Positions 50,938 to 64,000 of a stretch of 64,000 nt of DNA are shown piece after piece (position 1 is the first letter of the stretch; each line of letters begins with the position of its first letter). A model generated the notes under the pieces. That model saw nothing but the letters and a program-made list of their open reading frames with translations, did no database searches and had not been told where the DNA came from. The translations under genes and the position numbers were made by a program. Source of the stretch: Iphione sp. A-MEVVRFRX5 (lineage: Eukaryota); assembly GCA_976226885.1 (NCBI GenBank), contig OZ320319.1, forward strand, positions 66,898,001 to 66,962,000, read 5' to 3'.

Positions 50938-53900
50938 GAACTAATGATAAGTACATGTAGCAGCGAAGGAGGAGACGCAATGATCGAGTGACAACAAGTT
51001 AAGAGAAGGAAATGAAAATGTTCTCCCAACTCGGGGTTACGTACACAGGACTAAACCCCTAACGGAAGAGAGAGAGAAGGTCTTTTTTCCTTCTCCCCAG
51101 AAATCTACCGCTGACATTGGACCTTTCCCGATGTGAACTTACTGCCTTGAGTGCAGGCGTGAATTTCAATCCGCAATGCGGTGCACGTATCGACGTGGCA
51201 ACAGGGTGCAAGAAAGTGGTTGGGAAGGCAATCTGGCGCTTTTATTGTAGCGATTCATAAACGGCGCCCAAGGCTTCTTTTATAGTTGCCACCGCCGTTC
51301 GGAAATGACCGCTGCGAAACATTTGCATATTCGCACGGTGGTGGCGTCTTATTACTTGAGGTGGACTATGAATATTTATGAGCACCGCCGCCCACAGGTT
51401 CTTCTAAATAAGTGTCAGAATGCGGATTTTCCGATCTCTTCGTTGTTATACGTTTGAAGGATGAATAAGAAAGCGAACAGTTGTTGAGGGGTGTGGTTGT
51501 ATGTAGATTTAGACATCGAGCCTTAACGAAACGTTCGTTCTTTCCCCGATGTATTTAATCATGCACATCACCGATAGCATAACCATCGGGCTTTTTAAAA
51601 TAAATGTTAAATTTACAATATATTGAGATCACTCCCTGGCAATCTTTGGAATTGGTTCTACCGAAAAATTCATGAAAGATCTGGCATGGATACAATCCTA
51701 TTCTTAAGAAAATTAAGATTAAATGGAAATATTTGAAAATTAAATGTGTTTTTGAAAGACGTGATTTTTACTCTTCATATATGTGCATGTGGTGTACTTG
51801 ACGAAACAGCCCACGTTTCGATACTATTGAATTGAGATCAAAATGCAAAAAAATAGTACAGCATCCGTTTTAATTTAATAGTGGTAAGTAATTCATAGTT
51901 AATTGCCTTATCAGACTATATTTTTGTTTTAGGATACTTTTTCTCCAAAACTTAGTGAAGCTTTGATCTCATTACTGCATTCTAACCAGGCCGCTAACCT
52001 GGTGCACTTTGGAAGTTTTCTTGTGATCGTCTCTTTCGTTTTGTCATGTTTAAGAGAGTGAAGAAGAGATCACCTCTTAAATTATGCCACTATTACCCTG
52101 TACGGAAAAGGTTAATCTCTATTGAGCTCCGTATTCTAATGTCATGTAGCCCGTTTTTGTGTATTAACAACAGCTATAACTGAAGCAACAAAGTTGTTTT
52201 TACTAAGAAAGTTAGACATGTAATCAAGTTGAACTATTTTGCAGGAAACGTTTTTCTCAGAGCCTGTCTTTCTAATTGGACAATTATGGGTCCTAATTCC
52301 TAATAAAGTCTACAAATTACTGGATAATATAATGCACTAGCTTTACTAGTAGTGTTGCTCTGTATTCTAAAATTCTCTCAGCTGAAACAAACTCTTAAGA
52401 AAAACACCATTCGATGATAAATCAACGGAGAGGCTCATATTCTGTCCTGTCAACTTTACAATAGCCTTGGATTACCCTGGATCGTATTTGTCTATTGCAA
52501 TCCTGAACATCTTATTCCCCAGAAAAATGGCTCATGTGAAAAAGGACTCAATCATCCTGGTAATAAATACCACACACGATGGATTTCCTGCACAATTTTC
52601 TGTCCTGTATCAATTTCTGTGTTGGTTTAATTATCCATCTGAATATCCCTTTCCCAATCGATATCACGTGCAGCCGAAACGACAAACGTCAACATTAAAA
52701 GAATGACTCTTCCTAGACTAGAAATAAACCATTTTTGCCAACACCCACTAGAAGCTACGTAGTACACAAAACAAATTCCTGAAAGATTAATAACATGTGT
52801 TGTTTCCAAAATTACTCTACGTTTGTTGCATATGTCGTTAGTTCAGCGAAAGAAAAATATTAAAGTTTTTGAAGCAAACTCTAAACACTATTCGCAAAAA
52901 CCTTCATAACTGCACACATGACAGTATAATATTTCTGCAAGTGAATCACCAATTTTCATTGAATAGAAGTGCAACTCACGTACGTGTGCTCAAATCAAAC
53001 TAGGGATAACATAGTGGCATGGGTGGCTTCAGGGCAAGATCAATACATTCCGATCGCAGCATTTCGTCGAAGTACCGTGCACCCTGAATCGTTGGGTCTC
53101 TCGGATCCATCTGGCGCCTCCATAAGTAGTCCATTGCGATGTTTGCGAAATAGCACAGACCTATTGTCTGGATGAATGGAAACATGTTTAATAAAATATG
53201 ACATAATGGGTCATTTTATCGAAATGTATTTGTAACATTGCACAGGTACATCAATCTTCTGTTCAGACATTTAATACGCGAACTTGTGGTCTGACATGAA
53301 CACAGAACCAACCACTTTTGTAGTTCCATTGAATCATACGAGCAGAGGCTCCCATGCGAGAACTGGACTGAAGCCATCATGGGCAACGTAGGTGTAGCCT
53401 TAGCCTGGCATGGGTTGATCCTGTGCAACATAAAACTGTCATCATGGGAAGATTGTTGTTAAATCTGACATACATTATCTCATTTTCAGTCTGTGACCTT
53501 TTTTGGTCTAACTTGTATATATATATAGTTAAATGAAGTACAAAATAATACCCCACTATGGTACCAATATCCATTGCTTGCCAGTCCATTGCATGTCTGA
53601 CTTTAGTAATCCCATATCAGGTTTGACAGGGTGAGTTGAGTACAAAAGTAAAGAACGGAGGCCATACCATTAAACAAGTGTTCTACCACTCTAGCAGTAG
53701 TTTCCGTGAGTTAGTCCCATAGAAACGATTGTTCTTCCCATATGTTTGTCAGCAGACAACCACATGGGTAGATAGTATAAGTTGAAACGTAATTGGCTTG
53801 AAATAATCAAAATGGCAGCCACTTGATGACTCAATTCATAACTTTGAGTTTAAAAATATGTTTAATATTCACACAGAAATGTCCTATAAACACTACCAGC

Positions 53901-56772
53901 ATATGGAAAAATTAATAATAAATGAACATTGAGATTTAAATACATACATATCACTTCCAAAATGCAATGTGGCTTTTTTAATTCTAATGTCAACAAGATG
54001 TAATTAAGTGGGTCACATGATTAAAAAACACTCTCATCCATCGAGATTTGGTGAGATTATATATTTTGGCTCCTGAAATTCATCCTTTAAAATGTAAATA
54101 ACTAAAATGGCAGTTGTCGAGTGCATTTTTGTTTTCAGTCATATAAAATGGACCTTGTAGTGGTAATATTTCAATCTGTTTCATCCCTTCCTCTCTCTTA
54201 TTGTTGGCAGAATACACGTTTAGGTATGAATTCTTATACCCTCGACCTGCAGTCTCGGGCGATGTGGATAAACTAGCAGAACTAACTTTTAAGAATCCAT
54301 GCCTAATCCTATAGTCATATATGTGTTCTATTTCAAAGAGGATGTTTTTAAGGCCGAGCCATGATCAGAACGGCTCCTTTCTTAATTAATCATAAACTCC
54401 CCTGGTGCGTATCGTTTTTAAAGATTTAACCATTATCGCTTGACAAACAGAGGATATAATAACACACGACCTCTACTGTTAGTCTGTATTCCTTTCGGTA
54501 AGGGCCATAAAATAATAAAAATTGAGTGTTATATTAAAGAACTGAATATGTATTGTAAACGTGTACGTAAACCTGTTGTATAAAGTGAATCTGTAGTGTT
54601 TTAAGTAATCCAATCAGCCCCTTCAAATGCTCCTTCCAATATGAAGGTCGAACTGAAAATTATTTAGCAAAAATTATCCAATGTCTCCATCGGTAGGTAG
54701 TTTTATTAAGTGGTCTCTTCATAATAGTTGTCTCATTTATACGACAGCTGCAGTTATCGAGTTAACTGTTCTTACAGTTATTATGTCAGAAAGAAATGAG
54801 ACTGCTCAAATAAACTTTTTGTTCGTGTGTGGTCGGCCTGGCAATTGGATTTTCTTCAAAACTCGAACTCTTAAATTTTTCATTTCAAGCCAAACATACA
54901 TAAACACCTTCAATAAATTTTCCAATATTTGAAAATTTATTGAAGGTCTACATACATGTTTATATTTCCTTTAACATCCATTCATACATCAACCTTCCCA
55001 AAGTTAGTTGTAGCCTAGGGTCTCCTAGTGCTTCCGATGATGACAGTTAAACGTAGGTAGTTAATAGAATTACTATCCATTAGATGATTGCTTACGCAAA
55101 GTAATACTTTGGTTGAATAATTATGGACCTGACACAGATTCAAATTTGTCTCCATCTGGGTCCTGAAGTGAATTGCATCACACATGTACTTTGAAGCCCT
55201 GAATAATTGTTAGAACTATATATTTGTAATAATAAAGGCATTTTGTTCCACATGTAGTTCTTCCAGATAGAAAACCACCGAGTTTAATCAAGTTGAGATG
55301 ACGGCGCGATATTAAACTTAGACACTGCTTATGAACTTTGCATTATTTCATCACATTACATCCCATCACGTTGAAGTTTTCATATATCTTTGTTGAAATG
55401 TGTGAGCTGCAAAACTAATCAAGATCTATTGGTATTCGTGAAAAACAAGATATACGGTAATATCCTTCCCTTCATTACTTCAGTAAAATGTGTAAATTCC
55501 TCCTTGCTTTTGCTTACTTATGATACACTTGCTTATAATACACTCTCTTTCTTATAGAAATAAGATACAAGATACTTTAAAAAAAACATGGTTTAATTCT
55601 AGTGCTGCTTCTTGTCTTTATCTGGCTAAGCTTACTCTATTTTGATGGTCCTTTTTACCCAAGAAACAATGGTTTAATATTGGCTGGTGTCCGGGGAGAT
55701 ATCATATAGATTTTAAGGTGGTTAAGTGGCAGATATAATTTATAAATGTTTAATCAGGAGACAACTATATTTATTATTTTTTTCGTTATGGCGTGGGATT
55801 CGCTTAGCTCAGGGGGTCTACATCCTTTGAATCAAAGTGAGAAAAGACCAGGGGAGGTATGTGGTACTCTAGCTGCCATGGACTGCGTAGATAGGATGAC
55901 CTACAGGGTATGAAGAAACATATGGGAAACATATTGATTATCATAGGACCGTCACAAGGTTCGTGCGGTTTTATTCGAAGGCCAACACAGTGTATACGTT
56001 CAACCTCGGTGCCAACACCCACAAATACCAGAGGCTCCCAAACCGGGTGAGAAATGCATCTGGAGAAAAAGAACAATAGACATTGAATGAAAGACAAAGA
56101 TATAGTATCGGGTAAAAGAAACCGAGCTAGAATCTAAGATAAGGTATCAGGGAGATGAAGCACCCCCTGTAGCAGTTTCATTTATCGTGAAAAGGGAAGG
56201 TTCCGATATAAGCGTATTTACCGAGTTCGTACACTGAAGATATTTGTTGAGTGCATGAGTTAATACTCTTTCTTAATTTAGTTCTTGAACGTCGGTACAA
56301 CTAATATCCATAGGATTGTGAAGCGTCTATTTTCTTATAGGTCTTCACTTTTGTCCTCAAGCTTAAGACGTTTCTTATTGTCTGTAGAATCATTCGATGA
56401 CAAGCCAACTATACACATGTATAGTGTTAATATTATATCCAAGAAATACTGAACATTGTATTTTGACTATATCAAAATATAATTTTCCTTCATAGTATCG
56501 ATGTCGATCTCTTAACCCGACATGCAAATTGGCTTTCGTTTTGTAAAATTAAGTTATAAAAAACTCATTTTGATGTTTGTGGCACTTCTTAATTTCTCGT
56601 AAATGTGAAAGCAGAAACATTGCGTTTTTATGATTAAACGAGTTTTTAACCCATTTCTTCTTTTTTTTACAAAGCAAATGCTGCCCCAGATAAGGACAAG
56701 AACGATCACAATGAGATTAGTTCCCAACATTAAAGGAACTCAATGATTTATTCACACTTTCAGAGAATGTTA

Positions 56773-57108
56773 GGTCCCCCCCCAAAAAAATAGGTGTGTT
56801 TCTGGCCTACCTAGTAAAGCCTCACCCTACCTGAATATTTTTTGGCCCCAAAGAGTTTCCAAGGCTGAATTTCCTTAGGTATGTGTTTTCATAGTGTGTA
56901 TTTGTGGTAAATTCAGAAGTAAAACAACAAAATCCATTGAAATTCAAGAAAAAGCTGTAAAACTCATGCAAATTTGTCAAAATTCTTGATATTGTCTGTA
57001 TTATTATTGAAAACTAGAGGAAGAAAATGGAAAAAAATTAAAAAAGATACCCCCTCCCTACCTAGGTTTTTGGCTGGTGATTACCAGAAACACACCTATT
57101 TTTGGGCC
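56773..57108. mobile_element. 336-bp MITE with GG..CC termini and TTA TSD, TIR related to 47297-47614
   Basis: aaaaataggtgtgtttctgg near the left end and ccagaaacacacctattttt near the right end form a perfect 20-bp inverted repeat. TTA at 56770-72 and 57109-11. Confidence 0.8.
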
Positions 57109-57179
57109 TTATTCTTGGCCCACATTTGGATAAGCTTTCCCCAGCTTAGGGAATCGTTTGGTTGTATCTGACAAAATTT

Positions 57180-57244
57180 TCTGAAAGAGAGCGGGGTATT
57201 GTCTGAAAGAGAACGGGGTATTGTCTGAAAGAGACCGGGGTATT
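57180..57244. repeat. 22-bp minisatellite x3 (tctgaaagaga.cggggtattg)
   Basis: Directly visible. Confidence 0.93.
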
Positions 57245-58184
57245 TGACACGCTAAGTGTAGTCCCAGGAATAGTATGATTGTGTTTCCAACGAGACAGAT
57301 TCTGTTGAACAAAAACATTTCGTTGAAAATAGGACTGGTCACAGAAAGGTATATTGTTTATACATCAAAACTCACATCTGGTCCACTGCCTGAGTGAAGC
57401 TGACGTTCAAGTTTTGTTGATACATTTGAGCACACAATTTTTTCTTATCCTCAAAATGCTCTGGTTCACGCTTGCCCATAGAAAAGCTTTAGTAGTCTCA
57501 GCGCAATTTGGCTGGACGGGCATTGGTAAGTCTGGTGGGCAACTGATAATGTGGAAGCAACGTCTGCTGAAGGAGCTCCCATCACGATTGACCATTTAGG
57601 CAGAAGATGAAATTCTCTGCTTTATAACCCAGAGGAACCCGAGAAGGGGAAAATTATCATAGATATGAATGCACGCACGAGGAAAGATGAGACAGATGAA
57701 TGAATTGGGCATGTTATTAATAAAAGGATTGCAGGACAAAAAAACTAGCCTAAAAATTTTCTGTAAGTTGTAAGATCAGCCCGGGTGTAATTAGCGACTG
57801 GGCAAGCAGAAATAATAACAGATCGGATAACTGTTGTCACTGATTGTGCACATATAAAAACGGGGTCTTAGAATTGAAATTCCGCAAAAATTAAAAAGCA
57901 AACAATTAACAAAGGGAATGGAAACTGACAATTCTAATGGGGTGACCTAATCCCACAAATCCGATTCTATATGAGAGACAGAAAAGTTAAGGGTGGGAGC
58001 AGATGGAACCAAAACTACCATTTTCGTCTCTTTTTTTTCGTAGATCGCCCTTTTTGGATATGGTACGTTAGTGACCAGGTGTGGTGTTCTTCCAAGGACC
58101 TGCGTGACTTGATGCCCGCACCCTCATGCACCCTCATGCACGACCGGGGGGGGGCCAAATGACAGTGCATCTGTGTGCATGGAA

Positions 58185-58390
58185 TGATGAGGAAAATTAT
58201 GAAAAAGAGCAGATATGATGTTGAATTCTTGAAAAATGGTGAAAATCACCAGAACAATTTTGAAAAAAGTAAAATATTATGCTAAAAACCATGAAAAAAG
58301 GGTGAAAACCAAGTCAAAAATGATAAAGGGAAAATTTTGATGCTGAAAACTGCAGAAATTGCCAAAAATCACCAGAAAAACTGTGCAAAA
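58185..58390. repeat. A-rich low-complexity tract (gaaaaa-type degenerate repeat)
   Basis: Recurrent tgaaaaa/gaaaa blocks with no clean period. Confidence 0.5.
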
Positions 58391-61300
58391 GGATGGACAT
58401 GTGCAGACATACACAGAAATGATCCTCCATATGTGTGTGTGGTGGGGGGATTAACGAGCATGTACCAATAATGAACAAATGCAGGCAAATGCACACATAG
58501 ATTTGAAGAACACCCCCCAATTGTTATCACTGGTCCAATTAAAATGCACACAAATGTACACAAATGCACATGCATGCAAACACAGGTATGGAAGCCAGAC
58601 CTTGCTGTGTGCTTCAAATTTTAAATGTGATTGTTGAACATGAGTTAAACCAGCTATCCAACCTGTAAACCAATTTATTCAGCATCATTTCTGTCATAGA
58701 AGTTATCATTCTGAGGAAGGGAGTGCGAGAGAGAAACGGAAAAATCGTTCAAGCACACTATTCACAATCTAGTGTTTTAACTACCATACCAGTCACAAAG
58801 AACGGTAATGAAAAGGAGAATTGGTAGTCTGCGCGAGGGTAATGTCTGTCTAGTGGAGATTCATTGTGGGATCTAGGGTGGTCGTCGACTGCGGTCCCCG
58901 CCTGTGCTTTGATTGATTATTGATTAATGTGACACCCGAAGAAGAAGGTGCCACCACAAAAAAAGAGGGCAGTACAATAGGGTTAGCAGGTTTATGAATG
59001 ACGCCAATGGCTATGATGCCCTTGACGTTATGTACGTAAAATTGACAGCTTTCCAGGGCCACTTACTTGTCGAATTGCAGCAATTGCTAACACTGCGCAT
59101 CGTGAATTCCGTCCGCTGCATAAAATCTGCCGGAACAGCTGCTTTATTAAGCAGCATTAGGCATGATGACCGGGGCTAAGGAATTTCCGAGAAAACCTTC
59201 CCAGTTGATCACAGGTCATTCTCCAAGTTGGCATTTATTAAATTCTTTTATTCCTGACAATATTTTTTTCTGTCATTTGCACTACTAGCGACATGGGAAA
59301 CGGAAGGAAACATGTACCCATCCGCAAGAACTGTTGGAATGGCATTCAACAGGTAATTTTCTCCTTCATTACGTCGGTTAATCAGCTTATATCAGCACCA
59401 ATGCAGACCATTTATGATCAGTGTTACAACGCATGGAGTGGAAAAGGCAATATGATACAGATAAGATCACTGAACTGTACGGGGCCAATAGAACTATGTC
59501 AGATAGGTTCATCTGCATCTTAATAAATATGTCACCTCATAAACACGTACTCCTGTTGAGGAATTACCTGAAATCGGTAGGTACAGACAGCATAGTATTG
59601 AAAAGGGAAAGTATAGAAGATGTATCCGTTACCGATAGTCGTACAACTACTATTGGGAAAGTGCAGTTTTGGCAAAGAGATAATGCAAAACGGTCATATT
59701 GTCATGCAATGTTCTTTTCACTTTCTCCGTTCTCTTCATCTCCCAAGATACGTCTATGCATGAACCCATAGGCATTCATAATTATATCCTGGTCACTGCC
59801 TGGTGGTTAAATACCTGATTTACCCACACCTCATAACCGACTTAGACTGGTTTTCCATTTACAAGTATTGAAGCATTTGGATATGTTGGCAAAATGTATG
59901 GGACAAACCAGGATATAAAAATGTGCCTCCACCTTCCGATGTTTCTGGATATAATGCGTATAAATGCAGTCGCATGATGCCGATCTGCTGTCCACAGGTT
60001 TTCACACATATAGATGCATATGCAGGATGCGTAATAGGTTGACTCCAACAAAAGAAACTTCCCAGTCTGGCTACTGAGAGTGTTTTTGTAGTAATATGTT
60101 ACATGGAAAAGCATCACTCAGTCTGCTGCATGAAGACAGAGCCGACACAGTGAAAGATGTCCGGTACATGGGAAAACTGCCTTAGACATAGATATCAGGC
60201 CTTCTACCTCTTGTCTCTAGCTTTATTTGACTATATATTTTCAACTGTAACATTTTTACTCCTACAACTAGCTCCATTTACCTTCAGGTATGGAATCCTT
60301 TTCAATTTGTTGCAGTTTCCCCTAAAAGCTATGCTCATATAGGAGATTTTAACTGATGGTATATTATTGTTGTAAGTTACTAACAATGTTGAATTATCTG
60401 TTGTGACATAAACCTTGTACTTTATTTAATAAATGCGTTTAGATATTACTTTGAATGAAGAATGACTTCATTACTTTACTAACGGTACATATATATACAT
60501 GTATATGAAGAAAGTTTCGTGTGCTTCTATCCGGAGAGCCAATCCTACATCTTGGCTTTCGTGGCACTACAGATAAACCTAGTTGATGGTCTTCAGAAAT
60601 GGCAAATTATTCGAAAACGCTTCGACTGTCCAATCCTACATAAGGCGTGGGTGAAATCGCGGGGTGATGCGCCGCAACGACCTATCCAGATCCAACGAAT
60701 CTGAATCACATTAGGCCGTGGGCCATTGCATGTCGAGTGCAAGACTGATAAGTGTGCGGGTTTCCAGAAGCTGTCGCCGCCGGCACAAATTCGACTCACG
60801 TCCCATCCTGAGCCTCCCTTTTGCCGACTGAAAGCATAGACTTGCCAGTGTACATTGGATTCGAAGAGAACACGTCGCTTTATTGTGGTGGTCTAGGTAC
60901 TAATTAGAAGAGTGAAACAGCGAGTTGAAATTATGTCACTATCTCAGTGATGCTTTCATATCTAACAAATAATTGATGATGCGTCCCTTTATTCGTAAGA
61001 AAACCAAGTTGATCGGTTTATCTGTACGAAATCTCGGCTCAGAGGTGAACCATGTCTCCCAGCAATCGTTAGTCAAATCGGCATAACTGCAGATTGACCA
61101 TTCTAGTTAGGCGCACTTTTGATATCCCATGTCACAATTACGGAATCAAACAGTTGACGCAGCTATCATCCCCAAACATAGGAATTTCTTCTTTTAGAAA
61201 CCAGTCCCCTGCAAGTCCGCATAGTGCTCCAATCTTAATTGTAGTAAGCGTCTTAGAAGGCGCGAAAATGTGCAGAAAGAAAACTCCGTAATCTTATTAC

Positions 61301-61587
61301 TGCACTTGCACCGGGGCTGCTAATGGCATAGGGAAGGTTTGGGACGCGTGAGTCCACTCGGAGAGCTTATCGTGAGCTGCTCCCGTCGCTGCCTTACCAG
61401 GTTAGCTGGCACTAGGCCGGTACACACAGGTGGACGGTCGGCAATAAGCTTAACTCTCGCCTGGTGACAGCACCCTCTGTGTGCATCTACGGAGCCCACG
61501 TCCGCCCAATCGTCACACACACCAGTTTCCGAACTTGGCTAAGTACCTGAAGACGAAAATAGATGCCAAAAGTCTCCCCTCCCCCTG

Positions 61588-61611
61588 CACACACACACAC
61601 ACACACACACA
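61588..61611. repeat. (CA)12 microsatellite
   Basis: Directly visible. Confidence 0.95.
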
Positions 61612-64000
61612 AAATGCTGAGACACAAAGACCTACTCCCTCGGGGGATGCAGTATGTAGAGGCTAAAGGTATATTTGAAGGTTCCATTCGCAAGACAAGG
61701 GGCCCATCACCTTTGACATATAAATCAGGCGCACTTACTCTCCCACCTCTTCTCTCTTTCTGGAGAGAAACCCGTATAAATCATTTGGCATCGCCTCGCA
61801 AATGGTCCATCGACATTAACTGGTAAGTGATTGTTTTATACGTGGGCGCTCCATAATCATGGATAACCCAAATGTAGGAATGCCAAGCAAAAGCATACGG
61901 AAAGAGCGCATCGAAGACAGGAAGGAGACCAAGGAAATGGGGAAGGAGCGAAGAAGATGGTGAAGGTGAAAAAAACCCTTCCATGGTGCGTTGAATGATA
62001 TTGGCAAAAACACTTTATTAAAACAGTATCCAATTCAATAGGCCTAATTTTTATTATTTGGGTGAAAATAAAACAACGACATTTGCTTTGCTGAAACGGT
62101 ACAAGAGTACGAAGCTTTGCGTACAGCTCCCCAGAAAAAAAAATCAAGTTTGTTTTCGTGTCCATTCCGCGTAGAAACTCGTTGCTGGCTTCGCTTAGAG
62201 ATATTTCATTCAGCCTTTCAAGGATGGACCCTTTCCTGCCCACTCTGTCAGGGTCTCCTACTGTTTGGCACAGGCTGCCACCGAGAGCTGTTGTGTGTAC
62301 CGTGGCGGTGGTTGTGAGCAACTCGCACTGCGCTACTGGAAACGTTGTTGTTGTGCTGCTCACGCGGGGACGAGTCATTAAGCCGTCGGGCCACCTCATC
62401 TTAGCGCGTGTCACATGGGATTCACTTCCACCAGGTGAGTTGCTCGCATAGACCTGGCCCACTCGGAGAGCAACTCGAAGAGTTATTCTGTGCCAATGTG
62501 ACTTGAGTCGTTCTCCAAACACCTTCGGCACTAACAGGCATACGTTTCTCACAGATTTAGGCTATATTTCACAAACGAGAAGGAGTATGAGTTTCTGTAG
62601 CTCTGCATTCATTTTTTCAGGAGTCGATATCGTCTAAAGATACATTGAAGCGATACATCATTCTAACCAGTGTTGAAATATCTGTACATCATTTGATAAA
62701 ACTCCTTGATGATACTGATGTGTAATCGCTACGGCAGTGGCGACGTATGGCTGAGGGTCGCAGTGAGGGATTCAGACAGTAATGGGGAAAGCACAGGTGG
62801 TTCTCGGGGTTCACGGATTGCCTGACAGATGCCTGCCAGAGTGCGGTGCCACGTAAATCAAGGTAAATTAATGAAGGCTAGGTCAAATATATAGATGCAT
62901 GACTCGACTAGTATCCCATCTGTCAAGTGGTGGTACATAGCATGATAAAATCATCTATTACTTCATTTGCATGGACGAGGCTAAAATCCTGTCAGCATCA
63001 CCGACAGGCAATCTCAAGGAACCAAGTCATTTTTCATCCTATGCTGTTCCAGCGATTGCAGTTGCCGAACATCATATTAGATAGTTGTATTTTACAGAAA
63101 GAAAATTCATTAATAATATACTTGCACAGAAAGGAAGACTATTCTAGTATGCATTGGAATTTTAACAGACTTTCGGTATTGGTTGACTAGAACAGCAAAG
63201 ATTGTCTGCAGATTGGGCCCTCTCATGAAACCTTCATAAGTAACAGGGGGTAAAGGCAACAGAGGATGAAAATGATGAGGGAAGAGTCTAGAATTTTATT
63301 GAATGTCCTTGCAATCTTTCAAAATAAATACGGTCACACTGAGAATAATATTGTAGATATCAGCAGTTTGCGGATAACGAAAAGTGAATTGACAAAGGAA
63401 CATCTACATCAGAATTCCAAGCAATTTTTTTCGTACAAAACCCCAACCCTTGATTCGTCGAGTTATCGACGAAGATCTTAACTACTAAACTGCGACTCCG
63501 TGCAATTGTAAGTCATTACATAAATCATATCAAGTCATTTTTCCAGAATTAACCACCTTGGACAATTATGTACATGTATGTGTGCATGCATGAAATTACA
63601 TATGATTGTCATCAGTGTCGTCACGTGGAAATGTCTGATGCTGAACCCCGTGTCGATTCGGAGGACCTATTGAACATGTTATAGAAGTGATCATAACCAT
63701 ATAGAAATGATCATATCCAGAGGTCGTTCTGTCGAATCTCATACCATCAGACGTAATGAAAGGAGCGGTGAATGAAAATCGGAAATTAAGTAACCAGTCG
63801 AACGTCAATCAGAACCTAATTTGAACCGATGTGGCGATCAGGAAGTAACTACTGAAGAACACTCTGATTGTAATCAATGTCAACTTGTCGTGTGCTTGCT
63901 CTTAGTGGCCAGCAACACGCTGGCGCGGACTGTCATCTACATCGGGTATTTTCTGAATGGCGTGCCGCACTCAAAGAAAAGGCAACAGGGGACTAAACTG

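Noticed and set aside
61857-62552. 231-aa ORF as a protein-coding gene
   Set aside because: It has a non-ATG start, no recognisable domain and no supporting splice sites. The same applies to 7438-7917, 9842-10270, 37828-38364 and 44591-44995.
1-64000. CRISPR array, rRNA, prokaryotic operon or Hox-type retinoic acid response elements
   Set aside because: No spaced repeat array, rRNA-like sequence or dense coding is present. The nuclear-receptor half-site pairs seen (e.g. ~13454, ~37081) are imperfect and expected by chance.

Overview
Eukaryotic, gene-poor genomic DNA of roughly 40% GC, most likely intronic or intergenic sequence from a marine invertebrate. Amphioxus (Branchiostoma) is my best inference, based on TACATGTA enrichment, a DeuSINE-like SINE and a Crack/Daphne/L2-type LINE; it is not proven. 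I recognise no host protein-coding gene, functional tRNA, rRNA or CRISPR array, and nearly all ORF-track entries look like chance ORFs. What is supportable is mostly mobile DNA. (1) A 5'-truncated, inactivated CR1/L2-group LINE with an RT domain, a 3' stem-loop and a (TAAA)n tail (34.0-35.9 kb). (2) The 3' end of an RTE LINE with a (TAAG)n-like tail and an imperfect TSD (25.0-25.4 kb). (3) Two copies of a tRNA-headed SINE with a Deu/Nin-like core (21.8-22.2 and 40.7-40.9 kb). (4) Several MITEs, including two related GG..CC elements with TWA target duplications, one of which abuts a second Harbinger-like MITE at a shared TAA. (5) Microsatellites and short tandem duplications. The most notable unexplained signals are a perfect 63-bp direct repeat bracketing a 1.7-kb GC-rich segment, about 8-fold enrichment of the palindrome TACATGTA, two promoter-like motif clusters, and two acceptor-donor (AG|GT) junctions. 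I did not find convincing evidence of a new multi-gene system.
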